From NCBI GenBank assembly GCA_016748015.1, contig JAAOMT010000436.1:1768032-1832031 (forward strand): a stretch of 64,000 nt of DNA, in the 5' to 3' direction. Positions 26,714-39,500 of the stretch are shown here, one piece after another. Origin of the DNA: Geosiphon pyriformis uo1 (Eukaryota > Fungi > Glomeromycota). The notes under the pieces are model-generated. The model was not told where the DNA came from. It was given only the letters and a program-made list of their open reading frames with translations, and did not search any database. Every line of letters begins with the position of its first letter. The stretch's first letter is position 1. The translations under genes were made by a program, and so were the position numbers.

Positions 26714-29700
26714 CTACATATCTATATTAACCTGTATCTGACCACTCAGACCAAAAAAAAAACAACACAGTTTACGATAACCAAAGCAAACAGCAAAAGA
26801 TTCAACCACTCCAAGCAATCTAATAATACTATCAGACAATATTGAAGATATACTACGAGAGAGCCCAGAAACAACCCCACTATTGTAAACCAAGCCAGTT
26901 TTTTCCATTACTACTCAGTGACTAGACCTTACCAACCACACTTTGGTATGATGTAATTCCACAACAAACCTTATGAAATCAATAATCCGAGCAACAGCCA
27001 CCTTTCTATCATCAAAAACATTACAAGCCTCCTAACACCAATCATTTAACACAAACTCTTTATAGACCAGAGTGTACAACCCAATATTAACAGAGCATTG
27101 AGATAAAACCTGCAACATGGCGGATGAAAAAACATTGAAAACACCAGCCAAGGCAGACCAATGGGCAGAAGTCTCAGCCAAGATTTCATCATGAATGCTG
27201 GATTCACAAACACAAGTAAAAGCATGGTCAGGGAACTCTACACTACCACACAGCAAACACAATACACCAGGGTAGCACTTATTATACAACCTTTTTTTAA
27301 CTATTACCGGCAACTTTCTGTGTACAGCTTTTATAAGATAAGTGCAAAGCGTCAAAGATTTATGACTAATGAAGCCAGCAAACATATAAGAGTCAGGATA
27401 CCACATCTTCGCCATGACAACCCAATTGACACAACCAATTAATGCATCAGAAATCACATCATAACCAGGGCCAGCTTCTCAATGAACACAACAAATTGAC
27501 TGAAAAATATCCTTGACAAAATAACAGACATTATTGGAAACAACAGTACCCTTAGCAACCAAAAAATGTTTACACATATCAGCTAACAGCAAAAAGAAAG
27601 ATTCAGAGGCAGCCTGAGCAGCCAAGTTAGTTCTCTCATTACAAGAAACTCCAAAATGGCCCTTTACCTTAATCCAACTTACAACAAGATCCTTATCTCT
27701 GATTAGATTGAAAATATGATGCCTTTCTAACCAGCATTAATTACAGAAATCAGGGCAGACCAAAGACAGCTTAAATACACAAGCATCAATGGCAACTTGG
27801 CTGTCAAGATGCAGCACCACAGTACTTGAAGAAGAAACACATTCCAAAGACAAAGCGACAGCCTGCAACTCAGCCATAGTAGATGACAAAAAACCATGAA
27901 CAGCAACACCAACACTCAGATCCAGTACCAGAAAGTACTACTGGCAACCTCAGCAGAACCAGCATTCTTCAAAGACCCATCTGTAAAAACCTCAAAAAAA
28001 CTGGACCAAATATTATACAATCCATTTTTAACAGCAGAAAACTCACCAAATTCCAAAATGTCCAAGCTGCACAACCCATCAGAGCCAGCAGAGCAAAAAA
28101 ATGAGAAGCCCTGACCCTTCAAAAACTCAGAAGAAACCACAAACCAGTGAGGCACAGGATTACGCAGGTTTAATCTCTTCCAATGACAAAAAGTTTTCTA
28201 ATTCAACAAGCCACCCTTTTTATCAAAAAGCTGATCACCAAAAACAACACCAAAACACTTAAGAGATTTGACTGAATCAAAGTACAGGGACTTCCTAAGA
28301 ATAGATGATAAAGAAAAGTGACCAGAACTACAAAACGCAGTGGGAAGATTGTTTACCAAAGACAGTTCATTGTTCAAAAAAATCTTTACCACCCCAGCCA
28401 AAAAATTGTTTACTGGATTAACACACAACCTGACAGAGAACTGCAAAGGATCCAAAAGAGCCCAACCAAAAACTTGCAAATCCAAAAATCTATGACTAAA
28501 CAAATGCCTGAGAATACTAGAAGCATTAGAGAACACAATCAGAGCAGCCACTTTCCCTTCAGACTGCACTTGTTCAAAGAATTTCAGCCCATATAGCAAA
28601 AGATAATGCAAAGCAGCATCAAGAAAGTCATGAAGAAGGCGAGCTTTAGATCTGAGACACTTTTTAACTAAGACATCTCACTTGCGACAAACACTAGGAG
28701 AGATAAAACTGAACTGCATACAATAACTGACAATAGACTGCAAAACAGCTGAAACCAAATACGAAAACTGCTTATCAATAATAGTCTTTCTTAGCACAAC
28801 ATTAACAAAGAAACAAATGTCTGTATGAGCTTTGGCAACACTTGGCTTGGACAATCTCTCTGTAGACAAAAAGATACTCAGATAACGATGTAACTCACCC
28901 TTCTTAGCAATCAAAATTGGCTGACCACAAATACTCAATAAAGCAATCTTAAAACCCTGATTTATGGGGATAGCCACCATCTTCTCACTGTTAATAGAAA
29001 TATTGTTGATCATAAAAAATTCACTAGCAATGTTTAACACATACTGAGTAGAGGCCTGACAATTCCCAATTCAGATAGTATTATCAACAAATACACCAGC
29101 TGAAAAATAAGAAGTTAAACCACTACTACCCTCAATTCTGCCATTTTTTAAAACAAACTTAGTATTAATTTGGTACCCATACAATTGTTCGTGCCTTTTG
29201 ACTTCGCACAAAAGTGGATCATAGAAGATTCTCCACAGAAGAGGTGAAAAGATCTCACTCTGATCCAGCCCATCATGCACTTTGTAACCACCAGACAAAC
29301 CAAAATTAGTCATAATTCTGTTAATCCTATTTTCGTGAATACTACCAAAAAACTTAATGAATCTCTCACACATCTTGACACACTGCAAGCTAGTCCTCAA
29401 ATGATGTCACCCAACCGAATCATAGGCCTTTCACATATCCTGCAAGACCAATTATACTTCCCTATTCTTCTCAATGGCATTCTCAACCACCGACCCGACA
29501 GTAAACACTGAAGATTGTGTGGATGTACCCTTCAACACCAAAAAATTGTCACTCTGAAGAATGTCGAATCTGCTACAAGCCACCAAGATATGATTAGATA
29601 GAATCTTTGAAAAAATCTTCCTGGCAGTCTTAATCAAAGCAATGGGCTGAGTGTTTGTAAGAACCCCATCCTAGTCATAAGACTTAGGAATTATTGAAAC

Positions 29701-31395
29701 CCATGCCCTTTTCCACAAAACAGGTACCACACCAACAGATAAACACACATTGAATAAAGCCAACAAACACCCCAAAACTACCTCACCACCATGTTTTCAC
29801 AACTCATTCGGAATACTAGATAAACCAGCAGTCTTGCCATCAGGCAGACCACCAACAACTGAAAGCAACTTGCCTATACTGACAGCATACATAATGCCAG
29901 AAAAGGCATTATCCCAAACATAGTCCAATGGAGCATACTGACAAGCCCAAAGATCAGGTAGTACTGAATACACTGAGCATTTCCTTGTCCACTCTTTCAT
30001 AATCTTGTCCACACTAGACTTTATCTTCTTAGGCTCCAAAACCAATTCATCATTAACCACTAAGTGATCTAATACCATCTTGTAAAATGGCCTTTCCAAC
30101 ACACTTCTGATCATACCACCTTTGTTCGAACAAAAATTTTCCATGCGCTTTTCAATTGCAATTCTAATGGAAGCTTCTTTGGCCAGCCTTGACTCAAACA
30201 TCTTTGATCTCCTGTAATCCCTGCGAACCGACAACAAATGCTTAAGAATGACATCAGATTTCATTCTTGACCCTAACAAGTCAACAAAAGCACAAGCCTT
30301 ATCATTATTAAGAGTTGATTACCTACACACAAAGTGATCTACATCAGACAAATTACCAGAGTAAAATTTCTTAACAATCTTGATCACCAACAATTCCAAA
30401 CTAAAGAACTTAGAGGAATGCCTGTTTTTTGCACAATCAAACTTGTTAAATCACTGTCTCAAAAACGATGTATCAGTAGACTCTACCAAGACCTTCTTCA
30501 AAACTGCCCACATAGCATTTATATTGCCATGGTTTTCAGTACCAGAGAACACGTCACTCAACAACAAGAGCCTAGATGAGGAGAGATCCTTAAACTTAGC
30601 CTATTTAGCACAGTCAGCATCTTTGATTTTGAACTTCCAACAATCTCTATTAGCCTGCTTATGCATGCTATTCAATTCAGCATCCAGGAGCTCACCTAAA
30701 CCAACTGACACCACAACTGTCCTGTGATCAGTGTCAAAGAAGTCTGAAACAGAAACAACTTGATGACCAGCCATAGCAGAAGACAGATTACCACTAACAA
30801 AAATGTAATCAATCATCTTCCCAACCTCTTTTGAGTTGCTCCATGTAAAAGCTTCAACCAAATGATGACCAAAAAATGAGTTAACCAAACCCAAATCCAA
30901 ACAGAATTTGAAACTTGCACTCCTACCAGATCCATTCTCATTAAAGTCCCCACCCAAAACAACAAAAGAGCTGGAATTGACAGTCTTTGCAATGAGAAAA
31001 TTAACTTCAGAAGACTGATCAAACCTAACCCCAGAAGAAGCACCAGCATACAACCCCAGAAGAGTAACCAAGAGCCTGCCCTTAAACAAGAGTCGAACAG
31101 AAATGACTTGACCAGGAACCTCTTCAATCTTTGAAACATGACAAGCCAAAGAATTGTTTATGATTACAGCAATACCAGTTCCAAGATAACCAACATCCAA
31201 ACCAGAAGTAAAAATTCGAACTTTATCAAACTTATCCTTAATTCATGGCCCAGAAGAGGCCTTTAACTTTGTTTTGGTAATGAAAGAAACCATATTTCCA
31301 GAATTCACATGCCAACAAACAATGTCTGCTTGCTTAGCAGGGACATTGATACCTCAAACATTACACATAGCAAATTTCCAGACCAGACTGGTCAT
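26714..31395 (-). pseudogene. LINE ORF2: APE endonuclease, reverse transcriptase, RNase H, C-terminal CCHC; multiple premature stops
   Basis: GGDFNE, IDYIF, DTDH (EN); VHDGLDQSEIFSPLLW, GVFVDNTI, RYLSIF (RT); VFTDGSLK (RNase H); CLLCGSVEFPDHAFTC. Confidence 0.92.
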
Positions 31396-33334
31396 TGGAA
31401 TAAAGGTGGGAGAGGACAACCTGGATCAAAGCACAAGAAATCTAATCTTGCCAGGACAGAATTAACTAAAGCTTCCAGAGCAGATATTTTGGATTCTAAA
31501 CCACCCATTTTGGAAGTAAGAACCCTTAAACCACTTGAACTAAGAACAGCAGTAGACTCATCAGCACCAGAGAAGAGGAGAGCAGATACAGTCGGCTCAT
31601 CATCTAGAGCCATATCCAAATTCACAACCAAAACCACAGGCACAGAAACAACTGGAGGCACACTTCCAGAAAGAGGTGCCAATGGCACCAATTTGACAAA
31701 ACTGAGTTTTTTCAAAATACCAAAAATCTGATCTGCTAAAATCTCTAAAGAGCATTTTAAAGTCACCAAACAATCGCCCAATTGAGACATGACAAGAGAA
31801 TCAGACATTAATGAAGAAAGAACCAAACCAGAATGCAAATCAGTGCCAGAAAAACCAGAGGAAGACACACAAGAGGTGACACTACCAGCAACTTGAGTCC
31901 AAGTTTTACCAGCAAAAGACACGGGATGTGAAATAGGTGCTTGCTTTTTTTTATAAATGCCAGCCAATTGAACTTGATCTTGATCAGAAATTACCCATTT
32001 CCCACGAACACCAGAATTCTCACCCACAGGACAGATGACAGTAACATGACCAAATTGTTCACACTTGGTACAATGGACCAAACAAAAACCAGCCCAATGC
32101 AAATTCACACCCTTGAAAACTGGAACCAAACCAGTAGCAGCCAATTTGGCCACTTTACTCTCAAAACAGATTACAACACACTGAACACAAGCATATGATG
32201 TGAAATTACGGCCAATAACACAAGTTTTCTTACTATAGGCTTTCACCAAGTCCAAAAGATTATAAGCAGTCATACCAACTGGAAGGGTATACAGCAAAGC
32301 ATGATAATGGTCTCTTGAAATCCATAATTCTTTGTTATTTACTGCCAAAGCCACATCCACAGAATCTTTTCTTACAAGAACAGACTACTTAGAAGCAATC
32401 AAACAGGCAATCTCAGCCAATTCAAATTCAACCACAGCTTTTTGTTACAAACCAATCAGCTGTATCCTGATAGAAATAATCTTGCCAAATTTGGAAAACA
32501 CAGTCTCTATTGCTGATTTGAGAAAATCAACTGGAATCTCCTTGATGATTATCTCCCAATCTGTATGGCTGTTTATTTTTTTGAGATCATTGTTGACAAG
32601 AATATTTTCACTGAGTGCCAATAACTTGGCCTTATTCAAACTAGATTCACTTGTAAAAATTGATCGAATGACTCCAGAAAATTTTGAGAGAGTTGAAGCA
32701 TCCCCAAAACCATCAATTCTATAAAAAAAATTTTTCACACAAACCAACTTATCCACATTTGTTTTCCCAGGCACAGCAGACAAATTAATATCAAGTGCAA
32801 ATGACTTTGTTGAATTAAAACTATGAGTCTCTGAGACACGTGATTTGATTGGTATATGCTGATTGGATTTAAAATCCACACAAAGAAGAAGTTCGAGCAC
32901 ACTATTATCAAAATTCACAAGATTCAAAGAAGGTTGTTTCGGAGAACTGCCCAGCATGTACATATAGATATATGTTTTCTTGGCATAGAGTCATTCATAT
33001 TATCATCCTCACCTGATTCCACAAAGCTTGTTTCTTTGGCAACTATATTAGCCATGTTTTTGACATCTGAGAGATTGCCCACACTGTCTGAAACACTACT
33101 TACCTCACTACCCCAAGGCATCACAGGCTTAACACTGGTACCACCAATATCTTCCAGACCCAGAGAACTAGCAGACAAGTTCAACACCACACTGGCAGCT
33201 GGCTTTTTTGGCTTTTTGTAGAATGCACCATAAGAGTAGACAGTATTCACACATTTATTTTTGGTGGTCAAACAAGTTCTCAATCCCATCAAACTAGAAC
33301 CTGAAACACCAGTAGAAGAGCCCACCAGTTCTAT
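31392..33334 (-). pseudogene. LINE ORF1 (RRM-like domain, CCHC knuckle CTKCEQFGHVTVIC, coiled-coil-like tail); start codon eroded to ATA
   Basis: ORFs 32924-33325, 32445-32963 and 31392-32360, homologous to ORF1 of copy 2. Confidence 0.88.
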
Positions 33335-34580
33335 CGTAACAAAGGGGAATATATTAAGAGAAATAACTTAAGATAAAAGAGAGAAAAGAGAAAAAAGAAA
33401 AGCTATTCAATCAAATTCTATTTTCACTCTCGTTGTAATCAGAAGATCGATAAGGGAAGAAAAAATTATTTGGTTATATATCTTAAAGTCTGCTGATTAA
33501 AATAATAATAAAAATTAAACTAATCTTAAAATAAGTTTGTTTGATTTCTAAAATATTTGTTTTTTTGGCTTTTAATATTTATGCTATATATACATAAATT
33601 TTTATACTTTTATTTTTTTTTATTTTTTTTTATATAAGTAATATTATTTATGTTTTTATTATTTTTTAAGTTATTTAAATTAACATAATAAGTTTTTTTA
33701 ATAATCAAATTTTTTAATTTATTAACTTTTAAAGCACTATTTATATTATTTATTTTACTGTTTACTTTGTTTTTTTAAAACTTATACAAAACATATTTAC
33801 TATTTTCTAAAGTATTAGAATTTAAAAAACCAGCTGATATGTTAATTATAATGATAAATATATTAAGTTTTTTAGTTTTTTTATTATTTTTGTAAACAAA
33901 CATAAACAAAAATTAATTTTTTTTAACATTAAAACAAAACTTTATATTGGTTTTTGTATCATTAAAAATGCCAGCTGAAAATATTATTGGTTTTATAACT
34001 TTAAAAAAGTTAATATTCAAAAATTAACAAAAAAAAAAATATGAAAAAAAATCTCCAAAAAAACTTTTTTTTACTGTAATAAAAAATCTACAAGAAAAAA
34101 AAAATTTTATATTTTATAAATATAATTAAAAAAACAAATTAATAAAATATTTAAATTATAATATTTTACTTAAATATATTGTTTATAATAATAATTATTA
34201 AGTTTGTATAAAAATTGAAAATATTTTTTATAATTTGTATTTTTTGTATTTATTTTAATTTTACAATTAACTACTATTTTTTTTATAATTTAAATTTTTA
34301 ATTAATTAATTCTAATAATTATATTACAAATAAAAATAACAAAATTATGGTTTTTTGTATGTTATTATTGTAAAATAATTAAACATTATTTAAAAAATAA
34401 TAATAATTAAAATTATAATAACCAAAACAATAATATAATTTAATTATATTAAAAACTTTCTTTTGTCAATCCCCTGACTATAGCGAAAGCAAGAAGTAAA
34501 TTGATAGAATAGCTTTCTTCTTTTCCTTTTTCCCCTTTCGTCTTAAAGTTATTTCTCTCAGTACATCCCTTTTTGTTAAT

Positions 34581-36524
34581 ATAGAACTGACAGACTCTTC
34601 TGCTGGTGGTTTAGGCTCTGTTTCGGTGAGTTTGGGAACCCATTCTGGTGTTAAATCTAAATGCTTGGCGAGTGCTTACTCGTGTGGTGCATCCTACAAG
34701 AAATCTAAGAAGCCTGTTGTTGTCGGCGGTGTGATCAATATGTCTGCTGGTCCTCTCAGCTTGGAAGATTTGGGTGAAGCTGGTGCCAAACCTGCAGTGT
34801 CCTGGAGTAGTGATGTCAATAGTGTAGTGAGCAGTGTGAATGGTCTTTCGGATGCGGAAAATATGATGAACTTGGTTACCGAAGAAACGAGCTATGCAGA
34901 ATCTGGTGAGGACAACAACATAGACAAAGCTATGCCAAGGAAAACACATACCAGGACATATGCTCTGGGTAACCCAATGAAGCAACCCCTTTTCGACAAT
35001 GTGAGTGATGATGATAGTGCGCTGGAGCTCCCTCCTTGCTTGCTTAGTGGTTTTAATCAATTGCTGCTGCTTGTGTCATGTGCCCTGGAAAAATGAAGCT
35101 TTGATTCAACAAAATTTTTTGCTCTTGATATTGAACTTTTTGCCATTTCTGGCAAAACCAATAATGATAAATTGATCAGTTTGAAAAAAATTTTTTATTG
35201 CATTGATGGATTTGGGGGAGCCTCAACTCCTTCAAAATTCCCAGAGATCATCAGATCTTCATTTACATCTGAAATTAGTTTGAATAAGGCTTAGAAAATG
35301 GCAATTGGTGAGAAAATTTTAGTCAATAATAATCTGAGAAAAATGGGTGTCCATTCAAATCAGGAAGTGATAGTCAAGGAGATCCCAGTGGATCTTTCCA
35401 GATTGGCAGTGGAGTCAGTTTTTTCCAAATTTGGCAAGATTGTTTCAATCAAAATGCAGCTGATTGGTCTCTGGCAAAAGACTCTGGTTGAATTTAAGTC
35501 ATCTGAAGTAGCTAGTCTAGTTGCTTCCAAATGGTCAGTCCTCATGGGAAAAGATTTGGTGCATGTGGCTTTGGCAGTCAGTAATAAACAAATGTGGGTA
35601 TCAAGAGATCAGCATCAGGCTTTGCTTTATACTTTTCTGGTTGGTACCAATGCCCATGACTTTTCCAGTTTGATGGAATTATACGGTGGGAAGACTTGTT
35701 TCATTGGCCATAATTCTAATTCATATGTTTGTGATAGATGTGCTGTAATTTGTTTTGGTGATGAGGCATCCAAGTTGGCTGCTATTGGTACTGTTCTAGT
35801 TTTCAAGGGTGTGAATTTGCGTTGGGCTGGTCTTTCTTTGGCCAGTTGTACTCGTTATAAACAATTTGGTCATGTTATGGTCAACTGTTCCTTGAGTGAA
35901 GATTCTGGTGTTCATGGAAAGAGGATGGTTTCTGATCGAGATCAGATTTGTCTGGCTGGGATATATAAGAAAAAGTCGGCTTCTATTGCTCGTCCAGTCT
36001 CATTTGGTGGTAAAACATAGGCCCAAGTTGCTGGTGGCTCTCCTTCTTGTGTGGTTCTCTCTGGTTTGGCTAGTGCTGGTTTGCATTCTGGTTTGGTTAC
36101 TCCTTCAATGACAACTGATTCTTCCACCATTTCTCAATTGAATGACCAGTTGGCTATGTTGGAGCGCTCTTTGGAGCTCTTGACTGACCGCGTTTCTGGC
36201 ATTTTGGTTTAACTGGAATCCATTGGTTTGGTTCTTGTGGCGATCCCATCTCTGAGTTCTCTTCCTGCTGTTTCTAAGACTTTGGCTTCTGATGTAGATT
36301 CTGATATGATTGTGAATACTGCTTTGGTCTCGTCTGGTACTCTTCCACTTGTCATTCACAATGCTGTTGTTGAGTTCAGCTCTAGTAGTTCCAAAGTCCT
36401 TACTGCCAAAGTGGGTGGTTTGAAAACAAAGTTAATTGCTTTGGAGGCCTCAGTTGGTTTAGTTTTGGATAAGTTAAATATTTTGTGCTCTGGTTTGGAT
36501 TTGTTAGTTCCTCTGTCTTCTTAA
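34581..36524 (+). pseudogene. LINE ORF1, premature stops, start eroded (ATA GAA CTG)
   Basis: ORFs 34626-35096, 35298-36020 and 36228-36524 lie in one frame, separated by single stops. Confidence 0.88.
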
Positions 36525-39500
36525 TGACTCACTTAATTTGGAAATTTGCTACATATAATGTTCGTGGAATTAATGTTTCTGCCAAGCAGGAGGATGTCGT
36601 ATATTGGCATTGTGATTCTGGCAATTTGGTATCATTCATCATGAAAACAAAGTTAAGGTCTTCTACTAGGCCATAGATTGCAGATAAGTTTGACGGAGTG
36701 CGTATTTTTTCTTCAGGATTGGATAAGAGTTTTATTGGTACTGGGGTTGCAATTATTATGAACAGTTTGTTGGCTCAACATGTTTCTAAGGTTGAAGAAG
36801 TCCCTGGTTGAGTTATTTCGGTGCGTCTTTTGTTCAAAGGCAAGCTTTCAGTGACTGTACTTGGTTTGTACACTGGCGCCTCTTCGGGTGTTTGTTTTAG
36901 GCAGGCATCTAAGATTAATTCATTCATTGCTAAGGCTGTTAATGTCAGCAATTTTGTTGTTTTGGGTGGGGATTTTAATGAAAATGAATCTGGAAGGAGT
37001 GCGAGTTATGGGTTTTGCTTGGGTCTTGGTTTGGTCAATTTGCTTGCTGGCCATCAGTTGGCAAAGGCTTCTACATAGAGCAATTCGAGAGGGATAAAAA
37101 AAACTATTGATTACATTTTGGTTAGTGAGAATCTGTTTTCTGCTGTTGCTAAGCATTGGATTGGGTCAGTCTCAGAATTTTTTGATACAGACCACAAGAC
37201 TGTCATAGTGTCAGTTGGTCTGGATGGACTTTTGGATGTTCAGTTGAATAGTTTGTGCAAGCAGGCTAACAAAGATTGTTGGAAGTTCAAGGTCAAGGAT
37301 GCAGATGCTTCCAAATGGTCTGAGTTTAGAGATTGTGTTTCAGCTAAGCTTCTGTTAATCAAGAACCTTTTCTTTAACGCCAAAGCTGATGGTGATTTGG
37401 ATATCATGTGGGCAATTTTAGAAAAAGTGATGGTTAAGTCTGCTGATGAGATTTTTTCCAGACAATGGTTTAGTGAATTTCAATGTTCTAGAAATAAGCA
37501 TTCTTCAAAGTTCTTTGGGTTGGAGTTACTCATTGCCAAGATTGTTGGTGTGGTTTGCGCTGGTGACGTGCTTGAAGTTAATCATCTCATAAGGAAATGG
37601 TCTACTTTGGATGAGGCCAAAGCTTGCGCATTCTCTGATTTGATTAGATTGGATGTAGGTAGTGTGATTCTTCTTAAATATCTGTCATCAAGTCACAAAG
37701 AATACAGGAAGTCGAAGATGTTTGAATCAAGGTTGGCTGAGGAAGCTTCTATTAGGGGAGCTGTAGAGAGATGCATGGAAAGTTTTGCTTCTAATAAAGG
37801 GGACATGATAAGAAGTGTATTGGATCAGCTTTTTTGCAAGGTGATTCTTAATCATTTGGTTGTTGATGATGGCTTGGTTCTGGAACCTGTGGAAGTGAAG
37901 TCTAAGGTAGACAAGATTATGGTGGGATGGACAAGGAAGTGGGTTGTGCCTACAGTGGTGTCTAAACTCTGGGCTCGCCAGTATGCACCTCTGAATCATG
38001 TACGGGATAATGCTTTTTCTGGGATAATGCATGAAATCAGTTTGGGTAAGCTGTTTTCAGTTGTTGGGGGTCTGCCTGATGACAAGGCTGCTGGCTTGTC
38101 TGGCATTCCTAATGAGCTGTGGAAACATGGTAGTGATACAGTGTTGGGTTGCCTTCTGGAGCTGTTGAATATGTGTCTGGTTGTTGAGAGTGTGCCTACT
38201 TTGTAGAAGAGAGTGTGGGTTTCGATGATTCCAAAATCTTATGATTGGGATGGGATTCTTACAAACACTCAGCCTATTACACTGATCGAAACTGCCAGGA
38301 AGATTCTCTCCAAGGTTCTTTCTGACAGGATTTTGTCAGCTTGTAGCAAGTTTGGTGTTCTTTGTGATGATAATTTTTCTGTTTTAAAAGGTACGTTTAC
38401 CCAGTTTCTAGTGTTTGCTGTCAGCTTGATAGTTGAGGATGTTTTGAAAAAGAATCGAGAACTTTGGTTAGTGTTGCAGGATATGAGTAAAGCGTATGAC
38501 TCAGTTGGGTGGTACCACTTGGAAGCAAGCTTGAAGCGCATCAAGATGTGCAGTAGGTTCATTAGTTTCTTTGGTGGCATATACAATGATAGGATTAACA
38601 GGGTTATGACGGATTTTGGTCTGTTAGATGGCTATTGTGTACATGATGGTTTGGATCAAAGTGAGGTTTTCTCCCCCTTTCTTTGGAGAATTTTCTATGA
38701 TCCGCTATTGTGTGAGGTCAAATGGCATAAACATTTGTGTGGATACAGGATTGACACTAAGTTTGTGGTGAGGACTGACAGAATCGAGAATAGTAGTGAG
38801 ATGTCCTCCTTTTTTGCTGCTGGTGCTTTTATGGATGATACAATTTGAGTAGGAGATTGCCAGGCTTCCACACAATATGCTCTTAATATTGCTAGTGAAT
38901 TTTTTTCTATCAATAATATTTCAATTAATAATGAGAAGATGGTGGCCATTCTGATTAATCAGGGTGTCAAGATTGCTTCACTAAGTATTAGTGATCAGCC
39001 GATCTCTATAGCAAAAAAGAGTGAAGCTTACAGATACCTGGGAATCTTTTTGTTGACTAAAGGGTTGTCCAAACTTAGTTTGGCCAAGGCACACTCAAAT
39101 GTCCGTTTTTTCACCAATGTTGTACTTAGAAAAGCTATTATGGATAAACAGTTTTTTTATTTGGTCTCAGCTGTTTTGCAGCCAATTATTAGTTACAGAA
39201 TGCAGTTTAGTTTTGTCTTCTCTGGTATATGCTGCAAGTAGGACGTTTTGGTTAGGAAGGGTCTCAGATCTAAGGCTTGCTTGCCTCGTGACTTCCCAAA
39301 TGAAGCTTTGCATCATTCTTCTCTTTATGGCTTGAAGCCTTTTGATCAGATACAGTCTGAAAGCAAGGTGGCTGCTGTGATCTTTTTTTCGAATGCTCCA
39401 GGTATTCTTGGTCGGTTGTTTTTTCATCACTTCTTGGATTTGCAGATTCTTGGGTGGATGCTCTTGAATCCATTACAGTTTCCAGTCAAGCTACATGTTA

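Larger units (their letters stand above)
26581..33465 (-). mobile_element. Near-full-length LINE-type non-LTR retrotransposon with RNase H (copy 1), inactivated by point mutations
   Basis: Pyrimidine-rich 5' UTR (33335-33465), ORF1, ORF2, conserved 3' tail (~26600-26716) and poly(A), seen as poly-T at 26580-26589. 5' boundary approximate. Confidence 0.93.

Noticed and set aside
26571-33503. Possible TSD TGATTAAAAT for LINE copy 1 (26571-26580 and ~33494-33503)
   Set aside because: Short and AT-rich, and not consistent with the AAAACA-type starts of the other TSDs; not used to set the boundary.
34500-34584. Polypyrimidine tract plus TAG before an ATG-less ORF1, resembling a splice acceptor
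   Set aside because: ATA GAA CTG is more simply an eroded ATG GAA CTG start, in frame with ORF1 in both copies; no donor site found.
29071-39241. Stops at the same Trp positions in two LINE copies, suggesting readthrough or an alternative genetic code
   Set aside because: Copy 3 has TGG at these sites, and the stop type differs between copies (TGA vs TAG). Independent G>A hits explain it.
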